DNA of 64,000 nucleotides from Promethearchaeota archaeon (GTDB lineage Archaea; Asgardarchaeota; Lokiarchaeia; Sigyniarchaeales; SOKP01): NCBI GenBank assembly GCA_019057865.1, contig JAHLWP010000017.1, positions 1 to 64,000 of the forward strand, read 5' to 3'. Shown piece by piece: positions 60,550 to 64,000 of this stretch (position 1 is its first letter; each line of letters starts with the position of its first letter). The notes under the pieces were generated by a model. It saw only the letters and a program-made list of their open reading frames with translations, ran no database searches and was not told where the DNA came from. The position numbers and the translations under genes were made by a program.

Positions 60550-62133
60550 ATGATGATCAATGAAAAATTCAAAAATAACTGGAAAAAAATCATTGATTTT
60601 AATTCTAAAGCAAATATTGTAGAAGATATCAAAGGGTTAAAAGAAATTGTTAGAATTCCCTTAACACCTATAAATCTAGAAGCGAACATTTTATATTATT
60701 TATTCGAAATTATTTATCCAAAATTTATAACTGATCAACAAAATATACTTGACCTTATTATCTCTGAAGAAGATATTAAGAATAAAACGTTAGGAATATA
60801 TTTATATCCTACAAAAAAAGCTGGTATACATGAAAAAATTGAAAAATTGCCTATAGATATCATTAAAATTAAAGAAAAAGATTTTGATGATTTTGATGAG
60901 TTATTTACAAACCTTCAAAAAACTATATTGAAAAAAAAGGCAATAAGGATATCAAGCTTTCGATTATTTAAGAAAATTGCGATAGATTTATTAAATAAAT
61001 ATTGTGAACATATTGAAACGCTTTCAAATTATGAGTTTATAAAGAGATTTTTAGATTTAATTCAGGATTTAATTGAGAATGATTTATTTTATATATATCC
61101 TGAACCCAATATTTATAGATTTTTAAAAAAAATTATAACACTATTGAATGGAATTAAATTATCTAAAATTTTTGAATTAATTAACGAATTTACTCCTGTT
61201 TTTAATCTTTTATTTATTCTTAATTCTAAAAATTTAGTATTAACTTCTCAAATACAAAAAAAGATTTCTAAAACAAAGATATCAGAGATTTTATTAAAAA
61301 TAGATAAGCTTGATGAATTTAGAGTTAATGAAAATCCTCCAAATATTCATGATACAATGATGCAGAATAAACTAAAATTTAAAGTTGATAATGTAATATA
61401 CCTAAGCCAAAATGATATTTTATCTTTTTTTTCAGAGTTATTCGATTTGGAAATCCCATTGAATAAGGATAGTACAAATCTTATTGCCCAAAAAGTTTTA
61501 TTTGGATATAGACGTTTTGAAGATCGTTGGAATATTGCTCCACGACCGACTATTTATAATAACCTTAGAAGATTCATATTTAGACTTTTTGGCTTTAATT
61601 TGAATCTTAAAAAAATCTCACATTGGACAATTCCTAAATTGCTCTCTAATTGTATTAATGTCTACTTTGGATTAAATTCTAAGGTTTTAGTTTTTTTAAC
61701 TAATATTCAAAACTATAAAAACTTAAATTTAAAGACAATAGATTATCTAAAAGTTGCTTCAGAAAATATATTCTTATTAGAAATTGAGAATAGTTCCTTG
61801 ACGAAAGTAATCCCAATTAAAAGATCTAATCTTTTTTCTAGTAAAATTGAATCTCTTGAATTAATAAGATCAAAGATTTCTGAAACTTATGGCTTTATAT
61901 CATCAATATTAATAATCGATAAATATCTGATGATGAAATTTTTAGAGCTATTTGTTTTTAAATTAACTAAATTTTCTCCCTTTAAAAAATTAAAGACATT
62001 GAAATTATTTAAAGAAAAATCTTATTTTAATATGTATCCAGAGCCTCCAATTTATAAATTGTTCCAACAAAAACGAATTATTTCATTTTTAAGATTAATA
62101 TTGCCCATTTTGATTGATAAACATGAATTTTAA
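60550..62133 (+). CDS. Hypothetical protein
   Basis: 527-aa ORF translationally coupled to the DUF362 gene. Confidence 0.7.
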   Translation: MMINEKFKNNWKKIIDFNSKANIVEDIKGLKEIVRIPLTPINLEANILYYLFEIIYPKFITDQQNILDLIISEEDIKNKTLGIYLYPTKKAGIHEKIEKLPIDIIKIKEKDFDDFDELFTNLQKTILKKKAIRISSFRLFKKIAIDLLNKYCEHIETLSNYEFIKRFLDLIQDLIENDLFYIYPEPNIYRFLKKIITLLNGIKLSKIFELINEFTPVFNLLFILNSKNLVLTSQIQKKISKTKISEILLKIDKLDEFRVNENPPNIHDTMMQNKLKFKVDNVIYLSQNDILSFFSELFDLEIPLNKDSTNLIAQKVLFGYRRFEDRWNIAPRPTIYNNLRRFIFRLFGFNLNLKKISHWTIPKLLSNCINVYFGLNSKVLVFLTNIQNYKNLNLKTIDYLKVASENIFLLEIENSSLTKVIPIKRSNLFSSKIESLELIRSKISETYGFISSILIIDKYLMMKFLELFVFKLTKFSPFKKLKTLKLFKEKSYFNMYPEPPIYKLFQQKRIISFLRLILPILIDKHEF

Positions 62134-62182
62134 TGACAATTCATGTTTTTAATTCATTTATCCTAAAAAAAATAATATTAAC

Positions 62183-63283
62183 TTATTTGATAAATCCTTT
62201 TGCTACTAGAAGTTCTGCATTTAATATAGCACCACCAGCTGCCCCTCGTATAGTATTATGACTTAAAGCTACAAATTTAACATCAAATACATTATCCTTT
62301 CTTAATCTACCAATTGTTACTGCCATACCTTTGTCATTATCTCTATCCTTTTTGGGTTGCGGCCTATCTATCTCCTCTAAGTAAATTATTGGTTGTTTTG
62401 GAGCAAATGGTAAGTTTAATTCTTGAGGAACTGATTTGAATTCTTTCCAGATTTTTAAAATTTCTTCTATTGTTGGTTTATTATCTTTAAATTTTAAATT
62501 TATACAAGCAATATGACCATCAGCAACGGGAACCCGAGTACATGTTGTACTAATTTGAATCGAATCATTATTAACTATTCCACTATCAGTGACTGTTCCT
62601 AATATTTTTAAAGGCTCTTTTTCAGATTTTTCTTCCTCGCCATTAATATAGGGAATAATATTATCAATAATGTCTAGAGATGGTACTCCTGGATAACCTG
62701 CTCCAGAGACCGCTTGTAAAGTAGTTACTATCATTTTTTCTACTTTATATCCTGCTTTTTCTAAAGCATAAATAGGAGTCATATAACTTTGAACTGAACA
62801 GTTTGGTTTGACAGAAACAAAGCCCTTAGAAAAACCTCTCCTTTGCTGTTGAATAGGAATAACATTAATATGATCATAATTAATTTCGCCGATAATCATA
62901 GGTACATCAGGAGTCCATCTATGAGCAGAATTATTAGATATTACTACAATTCCCTTTTCAGCATATTTAAATTCGAGCTCTTTAATTTTCTCTTTAGTGG
63001 GCATTGTTATAGCAGAAAACATTAAACTAACTCCTGAAGGGATAGATTTGAAATCTTGGACATCTCTTACTATCAAATCCTTGATATCAGATGGTATTGA
63101 TATTGGCATTTGCCACTTGGTCTTTACAGCTTCTTCATATTTCTTTCCTGATGATTTTGGAGATGCAGCAACGTCTACTATTTGAAACCAAGGATGATTT
63201 TGTAATAACTTTATATAATTCTGACCTACTACACCTGTGGCTCCTAAGATTCCTATAGGTTTTTTTTCTTTCATTAAGATCAA
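62183..63283 (-). CDS. asd: Aspartate-semialdehyde dehydrogenase
   Basis: GATGVVGQ, KPNCS, QAVSGAG, CTRVPV, HNTIRGAAG. Confidence 0.96.
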   Translation of the reverse strand: MILMKEKKPIGILGATGVVGQNYIKLLQNHPWFQIVDVAASPKSSGKKYEEAVKTKWQMPISIPSDIKDLIVRDVQDFKSIPSGVSLMFSAITMPTKEKIKELEFKYAEKGIVVISNNSAHRWTPDVPMIIGEINYDHINVIPIQQQRRGFSKGFVSVKPNCSVQSYMTPIYALEKAGYKVEKMIVTTLQAVSGAGYPGVPSLDIIDNIIPYINGEEEKSEKEPLKILGTVTDSGIVNNDSIQISTTCTRVPVADGHIACINLKFKDNKPTIEEILKIWKEFKSVPQELNLPFAPKQPIIYLEEIDRPQPKKDRDNDKGMAVTIGRLRKDNVFDVKFVALSHNTIRGAAGGAILNAELLVAKGFIK

Positions 63284-63500
63284 CCTGTTAAATTTTATGT
63301 TTTAATTTTTAATGAGTTAATATTGAATAACTTTTAGATTTTTACCAAAATATACTTCGAGCTTTTCCTTGAAATTTTAAACCATCATCATTTTATTAAG
63401 TTTTTAATTATTAGAAACGTTATTGTGTATCAGATTAGTGAATTTGTTTGATTAAAAAATTAAAATATCATTTATAATAAATATTTAGAAGTGAAATTTT

Positions 63501-64000
63501 GTGCACAGACATCATGATGATTTAGAAGAAGAAGCAGAAAAGTTAGAAAATCAATCCAAAGAAGAATTCAATAAAAAAAATTATACAATAGCAATTTCTC
63601 TCTTAAATGAAGCAAAAGAAGTTTACAAACAATTGGGATATGGAGGAAAAGTGGGAATCATTCAAAAACGGATTTCCCAAATGAAGAATCTTATGGCATT
63701 TGAAAAACAGGATACATATCTTAAAACTAAAAACGAAGCACAATTTCAACAACGCATTGATAAAGTATTAACTGAAAAGAAACGATATGAACATAAACAA
63801 ATAGAGTCTTTAAAAGAAATTCCACCCCAAATAAAAGGAAAACTTGAAAAAATAAATTTATTAAAAGAGAAAGTGGAAAAAGAATTAAAATTAGGCAGAA
63901 TTGAAAGAGTTAAAGGAAGATATGAATATATTATAGAGTTATATAAATCTATTCCTAAAAGTATAGTAAACTCATCATTTGAGATCTTAGAAATTGAAAG
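63501..64000 (+). CDS. 3'-partial helical (TPR-like) protein running off the window
   Basis: GTG start, MHRHHDDLEEEAEKLE...NYTIAISLLNEAKEVYKQLG; no stop before the window end. Confidence 0.6.
   Translation, partial: MHRHHDDLEEEAEKLENQSKEEFNKKNYTIAISLLNEAKEVYKQLGYGGKVGIIQKRISQMKNLMAFEKQDTYLKTKNEAQFQQRIDKVLTEKKRYEHKQIESLKEIPPQIKGKLEKINLLKEKVEKELKLGRIERVKGRYEYIIELYKSIPKSIVNSSFEILEIE

Noticed and set aside
413-63185. Many short antisense or nested track ORFs (e.g. 413..625, 15024..15305, 25319..25654, 31007..31384, 58156..58449)
   Set aside because: They are shadows of long, motif-supported genes and have no independent motifs.
1-64000. tRNA, rRNA, transposase or integrase genes
   Set aside because: No cloverleaf or T-loop motifs, long GC-rich non-coding tracts, or DDE/tyrosine/serine recombinase motifs recognised by eye; tRNAscan-SE and HMM searches would be needed to exclude them formally.

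Overview
AT-rich chromosomal window from an Asgard archaeon, most likely Lokiarchaeia. Support: archaeal ProRS, TFB, histone and proteasome beta subunit, plus a two-domain gelsolin, two longin-like proteins, an EMC3/TMCO1-family protein, a RING-type protein and a Loki-type C-terminal sorting signal. Most of it is housekeeping and metabolic genes (peptidases, GH57 branching enzyme, acyl-CoA enzymes, LarA/GlcD, G3PDH-like operon, type II PanK, Asd). I found no rRNA, tRNA, CRISPR array, integrase or transposase. Three accessory regions stand out: 1-3087, about 32050-35850 and about 39700-49500. The most striking signal appears at two independent loci (a TrmB-like gene and the gelsolin gene): a synonymously recoded copy of the gene's own 3' end lies stranded downstream of it. 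Each lies beside tails of large nuclease-tipped proteins (HNH, or S26-peptidase-like plus PD-(D/E)xK) and a member of one shared Zn-finger partner family with swappable C-terminal domains. A junction sequence recurs three times in the gelsolin island. This suggests an undescribed family of elements that repeatedly insert into, and replace, the 3' ends of conserved protein genes while carrying toxin/immunity-like or homing-nuclease cargo. Other highlights are a 180-bp-period repeat with a TATGATCA-N9-TGATCATA palindrome upstream of the histone gene, and a surface protein paired with a transmembrane wHTH regulator that has a paralogous ectodomain. All family calls come from recognising motifs by eye, not from database searches.
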